DNA from: Prorocentrum cordatum
Lineage: Eukaryota
Length of the DNA stretch: 64,000 nucleotides
Assembly (NCBI GenBank): GCA_963575745.1
Contig: CAUYUJ010000034.1
Location: 1 to 64,000, forward strand
Reading direction: 5' to 3'
Of this stretch, positions 39,882-53,590 are shown in pieces (the first letter of the stretch is position 1; every line of letters begins with the position of its first letter). The position numbers were made by a program, and so were the translations under genes. Below the pieces are notes generated by a model, which worked only from the letters and a program-made list of their open reading frames with translations, had not been told where the DNA came from and did no database searches.

Positions 39882-42800
39882 TTTTGCGGTCTTTGCGGTC
39901 GACTGCGCGGGCCGTCTGGCCCAGTCGCAAGCAAGAAACGGGCATCATACAGGGTGAGCCAAACCGCCCACCACAGCGAGTGCGGCAGCTTGGGAGCGAA
40001 GCTCTTATAAAGGACCAGTGACAGTCAAGGGAAGCTCTTATTCAACACACGTGCATTCATGAGAACACACAAGTATGAAGAAAACAACGCATTCACAAGT
40101 CACAAAAGTTCAAACTCGAAGTATGTGTGTACAACCCGTGGAAGAACATCAATGATATGTTCAATCGCCGACATCTCGGCATCGGTAACTGTAGCATTGT
40201 TGTCGATAGAGAAAGCAGCACTGCACACCTCCGTCAACACTATATTTCTGGAGCTCGGCTTACGACATGTCCGCGAGACACGACCAACATCAATCCAGCA
40301 ACCGACTCCGACACCAGCCGTCGACACGCCACCATCGAAGCCACAATCAATGGCACAATACCTGTATAGACTCGAAATATCATTGGGCTCCTGCCCTATA
40401 CGATCCTCAAATATGTCGTTGCCCTCACGGGCAATATGAGTGAGCACGTCCGCCCTTGTATTCCATTCCCTGAAGCAGCGTTCGATCAAATCTCGTCCAG
40501 GAGCAGAGGGGCGTATATAGAACATAAAAGACGTACCATCCAGACGGTTAATAATCCTGTCAACTCTTCTCTGGAAGTCCTTATTGATCACTTGCCAGTA
40601 TCCCTGGCACCATGATACAACCAAGAGACTATCACCATGAATACTTATGGGGACTCCGAAGGCTTCAAGATCCCAATCGGCATTCTCTCATTTGGATGTG
40701 TGTACAGCAAAAAGTTTTAGCAAGACGATCGCTGGCGAGTTGCGAGCCCTCCGTAACTTCATACTCCCGAAGTTCCTGCTGGGTTTGGACGTGGACCTCA
40801 CCTGCAAGCCGAGGATGACTAAGACCTTTAGCACGAATCTGGAAACAATCGAGCATATCCCGTGAGCAGGCATGTGCTGCGAACTGTTCAAAGGCCCCAG
40901 GCGTAGCACGAAAACCTTCCCACCACTTGGGCCCGGAGAACTCCGAGAACGTGTGGGTCCAATGCCGTTGTCCGATGGCCAGGCCCCCTCCTCTCTGGCG
41001 TTTCATCTGACTGGGTTCCCGAAAGCAGAAATTCATGCGCAGGAACTCCGAAGCATCCGTACGAATACGATCCCACATCACACCATATGCACACAAGCAA
41101 GCACGCACATCACGCCATGTCCGATCTGCACTCCTCCACTCATCGGATATATCCGCATCGAGGACATGGATGAACTCGCACATATCTTTGGCCAGGTTCC
41201 AGGAAACACAAAGAAACCTCTGCACCATGGAAGCAAGCCCCATGTCCTGAAACTTCCTCCTAGCCTCCGCATACCTGCTCCGACTCCATGTGGAAACATC
41301 CTTCTCAGGTGCCCTGGGACATGTGAACAGTTTGCATAAACAGAACCCCATCGAAGGAGTGCATACGCTGGAGAGAAGGATTGTCGAGCGTTACACCCTC
41401 AATACCGTGCATGGCAATCCCTTGGACCTTCACCTGATACCTCCAGGATTTATCACGAATACTTACAGCGAAACATCAGAAATAGTTAGCCATACCGAAG
41501 AAACTCGTACGTGCCATGGACAGACGGTAATCTACATCGGGATGGGTAAGAGTATTGAACGCAGAATGGATCTCGACGCCGAGCACATTCATCGAAGAGA
41601 CTCTGCGGAAACGCAAGACCTCTGGTGTGACAACAATGAGGTCTTCCTCGGGTACGATCACGCCGTCTGCATCACAGCGCGGTGCTAGCCCACAGGACAT
41701 GAACAGCAATGATGACGCTTTCCACGCCATGCCGAACGGGAAAAGTGGTAATGTTAGATCATGAATCATGGCCCTGGGGTCTGGAACAGAGCCGGCCACA
41801 AGATAGACGTTGTCCGCCCAGAAAAAGTGACTGACGAGGAGCTCCTTACGTGCGGACCCGAAGAGCCCTTCGACTCGGTAGCCCATTCCCTCCACATCCC
41901 ACGATCTGAAGACATCGGCCCACATTCCCACGATAATCAAGTTGAACACCAGAGGCCCCTCGGGGCCCCCCGTACGTATACACCTATCCCAATGGAGCCC
42001 AGGAGTTTCCATCCCTTCGACAATCACTGTACCTATTTTCCCACATAACGGAGCCAGGAGAGCAAATTGAAGATATGGAGATACATGTGCGTGTTGTAAT
42101 ACCTTCTTCACGTTAGCTAAACTACAATGATCGAACGCCTGTTTAATATCAGCATTCACGATGTACACACTCTCACTCATACCCCACGTATCCCCATGTT
42201 GAGCCAGTGTTTTTAGACTGCTAGAAATTTCCCAAGTCTCACGTGCCTCCTGGGACCCATAGATACCCAAGTTATGGAATATTCCAGAGCGCTGCACAAA
42301 GTTCTCTGTAAGGATAACCACACAGGCCGAATACCAACGAGAAATAGCATTTTGAATAACAAGGTAGCGACCCTCAGACCACGTCGTCAGGCAAGGGACC
42401 TTGGGCATAAACGAAATCAAGACCTCCCTCCACCCGTCAGGATGGTACTGAGAACACGTGAATATCCGATCACAGAGCATCTGGATAGAGCGGAGGGCAG
42501 ACCAGGGGAGAGCAAGAAGTATTTCCGTTGGCACACGGTCGGGCCCAGTCGCCCGCAACGTCTTCAGGCGGCTTCGCGCCCAGCATAGAATAGCCATGCT
42601 GATTTCCTCCGTACACCGCCCGTCCTTGAAATTGGACACAGCCTCCTTCCTCAGCTCCTCCAACATCTCGACGCTCTCACCCCCAAACCTCCTCCGACGA
42701 ATACTTGGCAGTAGAGTGCCCCTTAATCTCCCGCCTCCACTCCTCCCTGTCCTCCGTCACCATCCCGTCTATCACACGGTGCTTGATGCGGCGGCGAACA

Positions 42801-45398
42801 TTGCGCCTCGAAATGGGACTGTCCCACTCGGCAAGTGCTGCGATACCGACTGCAAACAACCCGGAGCTCTCTACGCTCCTCCTCAGATAAGACTGGCACT
42901 GCACGGCGCAGCTTCTCTACGCCACGCTGCAGCTCAGGTGGGCGGACGGGCGGCAATCCACGACCCAACTTAGCCGTCGCGAAGCTCACGTTCTCTGCAT
43001 TCGTGAAAGCGCTCAAGAACTTTTCAGAAAGATCCCCAGGAGAGCACGATACAGTGGCATCCCCAAGAAACCCATCAATACGTCTCCGAGCCATATCCTC
43101 ATCCTCCCATGTAAGACATTCAAACCCGACAAGAGAACGTTCACGAGCGGCAACACTAGTAAAGGAGCGATGGATATCCACACCTGGTTTGGAGAAAGCA
43201 CCCTGCACCAACGCATGGTCACTCAGTCTGGAACGGTTCGAAGACCCCCCCATTGTGGAAGATTTTTTTGACCGGGAGATCCGTACAATTCCACTCCCCC
43301 GGAATCAGGATATAGTCCAGGACGGTACCCGATCTTGTGGCGCCGTACGCTTCCCAGGTATGGAGTCTCGCATCTTGAAACGGGTTCGCCGAAGCCGTTC
43401 TCTGCAATCCCTCCGTTCCCGTTGAGCTCCTCCTTCGTTCACGATCCTCTTCGCCTCCTTCGTAGCTCCACCCACCGCCTCGAACTCCTCCCCCGTACGT
43501 GCACACGTGACACGAGCGCGCGGTGGCAACTCGACGTTGGCATCCGCAAGAAAGACAAAGCTGGCCTTGCACCATCTGCCTCTAAGAGAACGCACAACAC
43601 TCCCCAGCTGCTCAAACACGGATGTCTGGATATCCTCACTATTAGGAATACTTGGATCAGGAAGGTACATCCTGAAAACAACCAGTGAATATTTGCCACT
43701 GCCGAAAACTACTCCGCAGAAACGATCGAACTCACATATACAATGTCGGATGGACGCTGCCCACTCATCTCCAAAAAGAATAGCACATCTTGGGCACATG
43801 CTGGATCTAATACCCAGACGTAGTCTAGCAAGTACTGCATCGAATTTACTCCCAAAGAGATTATGCGTCTCCTGCAAGCCGAAGAGCGACACCCTGATCT
43901 TCAAAGCCCCCAGGATCTCCTTCCCGCAAAAATTTGCAGTACCAGCCCTATTCAGATTCCGATATCCCACCTGGAGTCCTACAAACGAACTGGACCTGGA
44001 AGCCTGTCGTCAGGAACGCCGGTTCACTTCAGCTTCGACCTCTGAACGATCTCGAGAGAAGGCTGGGCACGCACGCTGAAGCTTCGCGAAAACATCCACG
44101 CTGACATCCCACAAGGACTTGGCGGTAGTGAACTCTGCGAGCATTATGGGACGTTCGCCCGAGTTCTGAGGAATAGTCCAGATCGTGGAGCGAGGAGGCC
44201 CATCTCGCCTTTGATCGCAAGCGTGGGCATACGAAGATCGGTGCATATCGAGCAAATCGTAACCACAGAAACGGCCAACAGCTTTGACATGATCACGTTT
44301 CCAACTCGGACACTCCACCGTCACACGAATCGCGACAAGCACCTGAGGTGGTTAAATAATGACCCCTGGAGGTGGCGGAACACGATTCTCGACGGCAGCA
44401 GCAAAGCGATCAATGTCACGTTTCACACGCCAGATCACATCACGGTCAGTGCCATGTTTGAACTTACAAGAACCAAACATTTACCTGCCTGCATTCGCCC
44501 TCTCAATAGCATCAGGACAAATGTACGTGGCATCACCTTCTCCGAGGATCTTGATAGCATCATGACCAATCTGCTTACAGTCCGACCACATGAGCAACTG
44601 TTCCGAACGAGTCGTGCGATCATTCCAGTTAGTGACCCAACCTTTCAGCTCAATACATGTAGGTGTGAAATATAATGGATTCACAACAGAGCCTGGACGA
44701 GATGGGGCCCCTGGAGCACCGCCACAGCTGGGCCCTGACGTGGTCGAAGCACTCTTCTGGAAGTTATTGACGAGAGTCTCAAGTGCTGTCTGTCGATTCT
44801 CTAAATTGGCGATGGCCGAACCTTGCTTCTCAACAATTGTCTCGACACGTTTGAACTGCTCCTTCTGACCACCAATGCATTATTTGATGGATTCTGTAAA
44901 ATCCCAATACATATACATCAGGTTCTGGAACATGGCCTCAACACCCTCTTTCCCCGCAAATTCCTGAGCCCTACTCCTCTCCTTCCCTTCCCGATTCCGT
45001 TTCTGCGGGGGGGGGGCTGGTCGCGCATAGCAACATCAGCGGCAGCCATCTCGGAAGATCTCTGAGGAGGGGCACCCCACGATTCAAGCCAGTCGTCGTC
45101 TGTCTGTGGCTTGACGCCCCACTTACTGAGCCAATCCGCGTCTACAGACTCGACCCCAACAGCTTCAGAAACCAAATGTTTGCAATGTCTGGATAAGACC
45201 TCTCGAAACTGATAAGGAGACACAACATTCACCGTGCAGTAAGAAGCAAGCAACAATCAAACAAAGAGAGGCAGCGGCGGCTGGAGGCGTGGAAGTCGTC
45301 GGCGATCCACCACGGCGCCAGGGCGCCCCGCAGCACGCCCCACGACGAGGACGACAGACTCTCCAGGCCACGGGGGCCCTGGGCCGAGATTTTCTCGA
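39882..45398 (-). mobile_element. Near full-length decayed LINE (ORF1, APE, RT, RNase H)
   Basis: ORF1 remnants at 44010-45050 (FTPTCIELKGW), APE at 43305-43970 (GLQET, YLP, ADAN), RT at 41476-42666 (ADIKQAFD, IRTGGPEGP, WADN) and RNase H at 40100-40640. It splits one family-A hairpin into 39851-39881 and 45399-45420. Confidence 0.92.
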
Positions 45399-46327
45399 GC
45401 CGGGAACTCGTTGAGCTTCCTTGCGGCATACGTGAATGGGACGCAGGCGCGGCAATCTCGCACTCCGCGCGCGCGAGGGCGCGGTTTCACGGAGGAGGAC
45501 GCGGAGGAGAAGAGGGAGCGAGGGGAGAAGGAGGCGGGGGGGGCAGAAGAAAAGAATGAGGAGGAGGAGAGGGAGAGGGAGGAGGAGAAGGAAAGGGAAG
45601 AGGAAGAGGTGGATGACGAGCAGGAGAGGGAAGGGTGGAAAAGGAAGAAGGGGGACGATGATGATGAGGAGGAGAGGAAAACGAGGAGGAAGAAGGAGGA
45701 GCAGAAGAAAGACGAGAAGAAGCAGATGGAGAAGGGAAAGGAGGAGGAGGAGGGCAAAGAGGACGCGCAGGAGGAGAAGAAGGAGGCCAACGAGGAGGAA
45801 AAGAAAAACGTGACGAGGTAGGAGAAGGAAAAGGAAGAGGAGAAGGAAAAGACAAGGAAGGGGGAGAAGCAGCAGGCTACACCTCGAATTGAATACAGAA
45901 AACATGTTTCATCTCTCGCCAAATTGCACAGAGTTGTAGCTCTGGTAGCAGACCAATCTCAGACGTCTCGATACTATAGGCGACTGTCTGATGAGATCCT
46001 GTTGAGCGGTGTGCTTCCTAGACCCCTAGCTTGCCTATAAGTCGAATACAGGAACCCAACACCGTCTCATAACATGAAATAATGCAAACTATTATTGCGC
46101 TTCAGCTTCGTAGCAGCCCGATCCTAGGCGTCTAGATGTAGACTCATGTTTCGCAGATTCACTGTCGATTCGCGGGCATACCAGTTCCTGACCTGGCTTG
46201 GGTCTCGAATTGAATTCCGGAAACGCGCATAATAACGCTCCTCTAGATTTCCTTTCGAGTGTTCTGCCGACCAGCTCTGTAGCTCACATGCAGCTCGAGC
46301 TAAGTTGAGAAAATCGTTATGACCTCT

Positions 46328-46393
<66 letters not shown>

Positions 46394-46401
46394 AATAATA
46401 A

Positions 46402-46481
<80 letters not shown>

Positions 46482-47339
46482 GAGTTCGAATATTTGTTTG
46501 GTTTCAGATCTGGAAGCCGAGTTCAGGCATCTACATACTTTTAACCAGCGCTTTTCATGATTATCCTCCGACTGCTGTGCCGAACAGCTATGGAGCTTAT
46601 ATGAAAAAGAACGAGTACGAGTAGTTTGTTGGTTATGGCTCTGGTAACAGACCAAGTTCGGACATCTAGATGCTTGAGACTAGTGCCCCTGATGATTCTG
46701 TATGGATTAGGCGTGTCTGTCAGCTCTCTTGCTGTTCTACAGCTCGAGTTAAGCTGAGAAAACCGATAGTATCTGCCAGGATGCCACTCAGCCGATCCCG
46801 CCTGAGTGCTTACTGCCAGTACTATGTATCCGATCGACCTGAGACAACGATGGCTAGCGGGAACGAGATCGAATATGGGAGAAGAACCATTGAGCTCCAA
46901 CGAATGCTCAAATTTCGAGAACAATGTTCAGACGACCGAAAGTATGCAAAACATCCGTCAATATTTTTCGGGCCAACTAGCCCCCCAGCGCGCCGGAACT
47001 GGAATCCGGCGGTAAAACATCAACCAGATTACCGTCAGGACCCTCGTAGAGCTCTCAACACGCAAATCAGCGCCGAGATAGCGAGGAGAGAGCGTTCTCG
47101 AATGTCAGTCCCGCCGGTGTGCTTTTTTGGCAGTAAAAGGTACCCGATCGAGCTGAGATCAAGACGGCGAGCGGGAAAAATATCGAATATCACGAGAAAA
47201 AACTACTAGAGCTCAAACGAATTGAGGAATTTCGAAAACAAAACTGGGCGCCGGCGGTAAACCGTCAACCTTTCTTACCGCCGGGGGACTCGTAGAGCTT
47301 CCTGACCATATATTACGTCAAAAAAATAGCAGAGAACGA

Positions 47340-47870
47340 ATAGTTTTTCAGCCCGAGCTATTTCAGATCTCTCGATGCAACAGCCGAACGCCCCTGATGC
47401 TTCTGCAGCTCTGTAGCTCTCCCACAGGCCGAGTTACGTGCGAAAATCGACAGCACCTCTCAAGATGACTCGAACAATACGATACGAATAGTTTCGCGAA
47501 CCTAGCTCGAGTAGCAGATCGAGTTCAGACCTCTGGATGCAACAGACGAACGCGCCTGCTTATCCTGCATCGGTTTCTGTGCGTATCAGCTATGTAGCTA
47601 ACCTAGAGCTCGAGTTGAGCACAGAAAACCGACAGTCCCTGTTGAGATGACTTGAGCGATACGAATAGTTTTGCGGACCTAGCTCGAGTAGCAGACCGAG
47701 TTCAGAACTCTCCCTGCGACAGGCGAACGCGCCTGATGTCTTCGAATCAGTTTCTGTGATAATCAGCCCAGTAGCCGCCCTACAGCCCGAGCTAAGTGCA
47801 GAAAACTGACAGCACCTCTGAAGATGACTCGAACAATACCAATAGTTTCGCGGACCTAGCTCGAGCAGTA
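47340..47870. repeat. ~177-bp tandem repeat array (also ~56100-56700 and 56930-57600; older diverged arrays at 29770-30650, 37800-38350 and 45930-46800)
   Basis: Anchor TAGTTT.GCG.ACCTAGCTCGAG at 47489, 47666 and 47843, an exact 177-bp spacing. Confidence 0.85.
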
Positions 47871-48485
47871 AAAGATACCGGATCGAGCTGAGATCAAGAC
47901 GACGAGCGGTCGGTTTTCGCACGTAGCTCGGGCTCTAGGACAGCTATCGAGCCGATATGCACAGAATCTGATTTGGAACGCAGGTGCCTGTTCTAGAACC
48001 ATTGAAATGACCGACATGGTCTTTCAGGGCACTGTGCTCGGCCCACCTTTTTGGAATTTATTTTTCAGTCACGCTCGGGAGGCTACAGAATGTTGTTTCA
48101 AGATTTTATTTAGCTGATGATCTGAATGCTTTTCGTCCCTTTCCTCTTTCCAGCTTCGATGCTGATGTGGTTGCGTCGGTGCAGCAGTGCCGGAGCTGTT
48201 GGCCTGAATGGGGCCGTGCAAACGCATTTCGGGACTTCTAAAGAAAGTTTGCACATCGTCTCACGGAGCCGGCCGGACGGTGGTGGTGCCCGCCAGCAGT
48301 CCATCTTCGCCGGTCCACGATCCTCGCAGCCGCTCGCCCGTGCCGGCAGTGGGTCCGGGGGCGCTTCCGGCACTCGCCCACGCGTGCCTACACGCGCGCC
48401 TACACGCGTGCAGGCACGCGTGGAGGCGTGCCTGGCAGCCATGAAGTTGACAACGGAAAATGAAAATTCTACGTTTTTCTAGAAA

Positions 48486-48641
48486 TACCTCGTAGAGCTA
48501 TTCGTTAACGATGAGCTACTTCGAGTTTTTTGTTTCTTGCCCCAGAAGCTTCCTTCATGTGTTCCGACCATCGCCGTGCAAGAAAAGAGCTCTACGGGTT
48601 CCCGGCGGTAACCTGCTTGACGGTTTACCGCCGGTTCCAAG
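48486..48641 (+). mobile_element. Minimal complete family-A element (156 bp)
   Basis: TACCTCGTAGAGCT...GAGCTCTACGGGTT-hairpin-TTCCAAG. Flanks rejoin as TTCTAGAAR|TGCTCC, matching the empty site at ~51731-51746. Confidence 0.8.
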
Positions 48642-49079
48642 TGCTCCAATAAGCTGTCTACTTTAAATCTAAGCACTCTTACGCGTGCAAAGAGCTCTAC
48701 GAGGTTCGCGGCGGTGACCACTGGCGCCGGCGGTGAACCGTCAATCTGGTCACCGCCTGGAACCTCGTAGAGCTCCTTGCACGCGTGAGAGTGCTTAGAT
48801 TCACAGCAGACAGCTTATCGGAGTAGTTTTAAGAAAACGTCGAAATTACATTTTTCGGCGTGAACTTGACGTCGGTTCCTCCTAATTTTTCGATCGTAAA
48901 ACTGGCTCTAGAGAGCTGAGCTGTTCTGCTGACAAATTGTATATGCCAATGCTCGGCGTAAAAATCTGTTTTCTCAAGCTGAATGGTCAAATATATGTTA
49001 AATTACTTGCAAAAACAACCAAAAGTTGTCACTTTGTCTCTTCTGAACTTTGGGTCGGTTTTGCTAAGATTTGAAAATA

Positions 49080-49374
49080 TTCCCGGAGAGCTCTCTGAGA
49101 GCTAGAGGGCTTCAGATTAGAAGCCGGACGGTGGTGGTGCCCGCCAGCAGCCCATTTCCGCCGCCCCACGATCCTCGCAGCAACTCGCCCGTGCCGGCAG
49201 CGTGTCCGGGGGCGCTTCCGGCATGCGTTCACGCGTGCCTGCACGCGAGCAGGCACGCGTGGAAGCGTTCCTGGTAGCGCTTCGGAAGCGCTGCAAGGGG
49301 GCCCCCCAGAGCTCTCAGGAAAGATTTCCCGCCCCTGAGGGTCTCTTCGCTCTCCGGGTTTTGGACGCTATCAA
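49080..49374 (+). mobile_element. Helentron-like non-autonomous element, family C, copy 1
   Basis: Asymmetric inverted repeat CCCGGAGAG/CTCTCCGGG and a 5' hairpin AGCTCTC-T-GAGAGCT. Flanks rejoin as GAAAATA|TTTGAC (cf. ~51565-51580). Confidence 0.65.
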
Positions 49375-51445
49375 TTTGACAACTGGGGTCCGGCGGTAAA
49401 CCGTCAACCAGGTAACCGCCGGAAGCCTCGTAGAGCTCTATTCTCGCGCGGCGCTACTCGGAGAGAGGAGCTTTCTCCAGCATGAGCAAAAAAGCTCGAA
49501 AAATACTTTTTTCATTTTGCATCTTCGTTTCGTGGACCTGGCTCGAGTGCCAGACCGAGTTCAGACCTCTCGACAAGAAAAGACGCGCTGGGTGATACTG
49601 GATCGGTTTATATGCGCACCAGCTCTGTAGCTATTCTAAATCCGCAATTTAGGGAAACCGACAACACCTGTCAAGATCACTCGTATAATACGACTAGTTT
49701 CGCAGATCTAGCTCGAGTAGCAGACCGAGTTCAGACCTCCCGATGGAACAGACGAAAGCACCTGATGATTCTAAATCGGCTTCTTTAAAATTTGAGCTCT
49801 ATAGCTGTCCTAAATCTCGATTTAAGTACAGAAAACCGTGAACGCGCGTTAAGATGACTCGAAACGGCCGACGGTTCCCTCAAGTCTTTTAATAGTAATA
49901 GTGCAGCTACGGACCTGAAAATTTAACTGGCAGACGCGACATAAACCACTACAGGTGGGAAAAATACCGGTTCTCAAAAGGAACTTTCAAACTTTGCACA
50001 AAGATAGAAAAACCGACCCCAAGTCGTCACATTGTCTCTTAAGGTCGGGTCGGCCAACTAGCCCTACCCTGCGCCTGAATTCCTCTTAGCTCATCTTGCC
50101 GAAGAGCTCTGTATTAGAAGCCGGACTGGGATCCGGCGGTAAACCGTCAACCAGGTAACCGCCGGCAGCCTCGTAGAGCTCTGTTCTCGCGCGGCGCTGC
50201 TCGCAGCACACGAAAAAAGCATTCTCAAGCGCGAAGAATAAACGTCGGAAAATGTGCTTTTGTGGACCTAGCTCGAGTGCCAGACCGAGTTCGGACCTCT
50301 CGACGCGAGAAAAGAATGCGCAGAGTGATATCGGATCGGTTTATACCCGTACCAGCTCTGTAGCTCTAAATATTCAGTTAGGGGAAACCGACAGTACTCG
50401 TCAAAATGACTATAATTACGAGACTGCCGGCGGTTACCTGGTTGACGGTTTACCGCCGGATCCCAGTCCGGCTTCTAATACCTCGTAGAGCTCTTGGGCA
50501 AGATGAGCTAAGAGGAATTCGGGCGCACGGTAGGGCTCGTCAACTTAGTCACCGCCGGGAACCTCGTAGAGCTCCTTCCACGCGCGAGAGCGCTCAGAGT
50601 CGAAGCAGAGAGCTTCTGGAGGCATTTCCCAAAAAAAACAAGATTCATTTTTTTCATGTCGACATAAAGTTGGTTCCCCCAAGTGTTTTGATAGTACAAG
50701 TGCGCCTACAGAGCTCATATTAAGACGGAGAGGCCCCCACAGTCGTCTACAGGTGCGAAAAATCTGGATTCTCAAAATTAATTGTCATATATGTTTCAAA
50801 TCTTAGCAAAGACGACCCAAAGTTATCACATCTTCTTTTCTGGCCGGATCGACCAACTAGCTCCGCCCCGCGCCGGAATTCCTCTAGCTCATCAATAACA
50901 AATAGCTCTACGAGGTATTCATTTTAAGGAACCAGATTTTTCGCACCTGTAGTGGGTTATGCCGCGTCTGCCAGTCAAACTTGGCAGCGCCCAATGGGAG
51001 CCGGCGGTAAACCGTCAACCAGGAAACCGCCGGGAGCCTCGTAGAGCTCTTATCTCGCGCGGCGCTGCTCGGAACAAACAGAAAAAAGCTTTCTCGAGCG
51101 TGAAGAAAAAAACTCGAAAAATACGTTTTTCCCGTTTTCATCCAACGTCGGCTCCCTTGATAGTAGCATTGCATCTATGGACCTGAGAATTGGACTGGCA
51201 GACACACGTGAGAAAGATATGGTTCTTTCTGATTTATGTGCAAGAGAGCTCTCTAGCTCATTTGCAGCGCGAGTTAATTGAAAAAACATCATCAGTTCGA
51301 AAAAATGGTCGCATACGAAGGGTTTTGCGGACCTACCTCGAGTAGCAAACTCTGGTCAGAGCTCCAGATACTTCAGCCGTGCGCCCCTGATGATTCTGAA
51401 TCGATTTCTGTGGCAACGAGCTCGCTAGCTCAACTACAGCTCGAG

Positions 51446-51846
51446 TACCTCGTAGAGCTCTTCGTTATCGATGAGCTAGAGGAATTCCGGCGCGGGGTGG
51501 AGCTAGTTGGTGGACCCGACTTGAAAAGAATATGTGGTAACTTTGGGTCAGTTCTGCTAAGATTTAAAAGATATTTGACCATTCATTGTGAGAAAGCGGA
51601 TGTTCACGCCGAGCATTAGTGTCTAAACTTCCTTCTGGGAGAAACTCAGCTCTCAGGAGAAGAGTTTTACTATCCAAACATTTCGAGGAACCGACATCAT
51701 GTTGACAACGAAAAATGGAAACTCTGTGCTTTTCTAGAAGTGCTCCGAGAAGCTGTCTGCTTTACATCAGAGCACTCTTACGCGTGCAAGGAGCTCTACG
51801 AAGTTCCCGGCGGTGACCAGGTTGACGGTTCACCGCCTGGCACCAG
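51446..51846 (+). mobile_element. Complete family-A element (401 bp)
   Basis: TACCTCG...CACCAG inserted at GCTCGAG|TT of a 177-bp unit with no TSD (empty unit e.g. 52586-52610). Confidence 0.85.
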
Positions 51847-52132
51847 TTTAATACAGAAAACCGACAGCGCCTGTAAAGAGAACTTCAGAAATACGAATAG
51901 TGTGTCGCGGGCCTAGCTCAGCAGACCGAGTTCAGACCTCTCGATGCGACAGACGAACGCGCCTGGTGACACTGAATCAGTTTATGGGCGCACCAGCTCT
52001 ATGGCTCCTCTGAATCTTGAATTTTGTACAGAAAACCGACAGCACTGCCCAAAATGACTCGAAAAATAGAAATAGTTTGAGGACCTAGCTCGAGTAGCAG
52101 ACCGAGTTCAGACCTCTCGATGCAACAGACAA

Positions 52133-52529
52133 CTGGCGCCGGCGGTGAACCGTCAACCTGGTCACCACCGGGAACCTCGTAGAGCTCCTCCCACACGTAA
52201 AGTGCTCAGAGTCGAAAGAGAGAGCTCCAGGAGGCATTTCTCGAAAAAAACAACATTCATTTTTTTCATGTCGAGATAAAGTTGGTTCCCCCAAGTGTTT
52301 TGATAGTAAATTTGCGCCTACAGAGCTCATATTAAGACGCAGAGGCCCTCATAGTCGTTTACAGGTGCGAAAAATCGGCTCTCTTAAAATGAATTGTCAC
52401 ATATCTTTCAAATCTTGGCAAAACCGACCCCAAGTTGACACATCTTCTTTTCTTGCCGGGTCGACCAACTAGCTCCACCCCGCGCCGGAATTCCTTTGGC
52501 TCATCGATAACGAAGAGCTCTACGAGGTA
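52133..52529 (-). mobile_element. Complete family-A element (397 bp)
   Basis: Both termini present. Flanks rejoin as ACAGACAA|CACGCCTGA, matching the 177-bp unit, with no TSD. Confidence 0.85.
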
Positions 52530-52656
52530 CACGCCTGATTTTTTCAATCGGTTTCTGTAAGTCAAGCTCTGTAGCTTTTCTGAATCTCGAGTTAAGTACA
52601 GAAAACCGTCAACGGGTGTCGAGATCACTTGGAACAGTCGGTTCCCTCAAGTGTTT

Positions 52657-52990
52657 TTCCCGGAGAGCTCTCTGAGAGCTAGAGGGTTTTAGATTAGAAG
52701 CCGGACAGTGGTGGTGCCTGCCAGCAGCCCATCTCCGCCAGTCCAGGATCCTCGCAGCGCCCTGTAAAACCTCGCAGCGGGTCCGGGAGCGCTTCCGGCA
52801 AGCGTCCACGCGTGCCTGCACGCGTGCAGGCACGCGTGGAAGCGTTCCTGGCAGCGCTTCAGAAGCGCTGCAGGGGAGCCCCCAGAGCCCCAGCAGAGCT
52901 TCACGAGAGCGTCCGAGGGCTCGCCAGCAAAGCTTTCCGTTTTGTGTTGCTTTCGCCCTCCGGTCTCTCCGGGTTTTGGACGCTACAAAG
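52657..52990 (+). mobile_element. Family C element, copy 2
   Basis: Same termini as 49080-49374. Flanks rejoin as CAAGTGTTT|TGATAGTAAT (cf. 53323-53341). Confidence 0.7.
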
Positions 52991-53159
52991 TGATAGTAAT
53001 ATTGCAGCTACGGACCTGAGAATTGAACTGGCAGACGCGACATAACTCACTGCACGTGAGGAAAATCTGGTTCTTCAAAATAAATGGTCAAATATCTTTC
53101 GAATTGTAGCAAAACAGACCCTAGGTCACCACATTGTCTCTTAAGGTCGGGTGGTCCAA

Positions 53160-53559
53160 CTTGGAACCGGCGGTAAACTGTCAATCAGGAAACGGACGGG
53201 GCCCTCGTAGAGCTCTTTTCTCGCACGGCGCTGCTCGGTACACATAAAGCAAGCGTCTGGAGCAAGACCCGAAAAAACTCGAAACATCACGTTTTTATGT
53301 GTTTATCCAAAGACGGTTCCCCCAAGTGTTTTGATAGTAATACTGCACCTACGGACCTGAGAATTTGACTGGCAGACGCGGCATAAGCCACTGCAGGTGC
53401 GGAAAATCTGGTTTCTCAAAATGAATTGCCAAATATCTTTCAAATTTCCGCAGCACCGACCCAAAGTTCACATCTTCTTTTCTGGTCGGGTCGACCAACT
53501 AGCTCCAGCCCGCGCCGGAATTCCTCAAGCTCATCGATGCGGAAGAGCTCTACGAGGTA
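53160..53559 (-). mobile_element. Complete family-A element (400 bp) joined head-to-tail to the next copy
   Basis: Hairpin end at 53160. The other end GAGCTCTACGAGGTA is followed directly by CTGGCGCCGG at 53560. Confidence 0.8.
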
Positions 53560-53590
53560 CTGGCGCCGGCGGTGAACCGTCAACCTGGTC

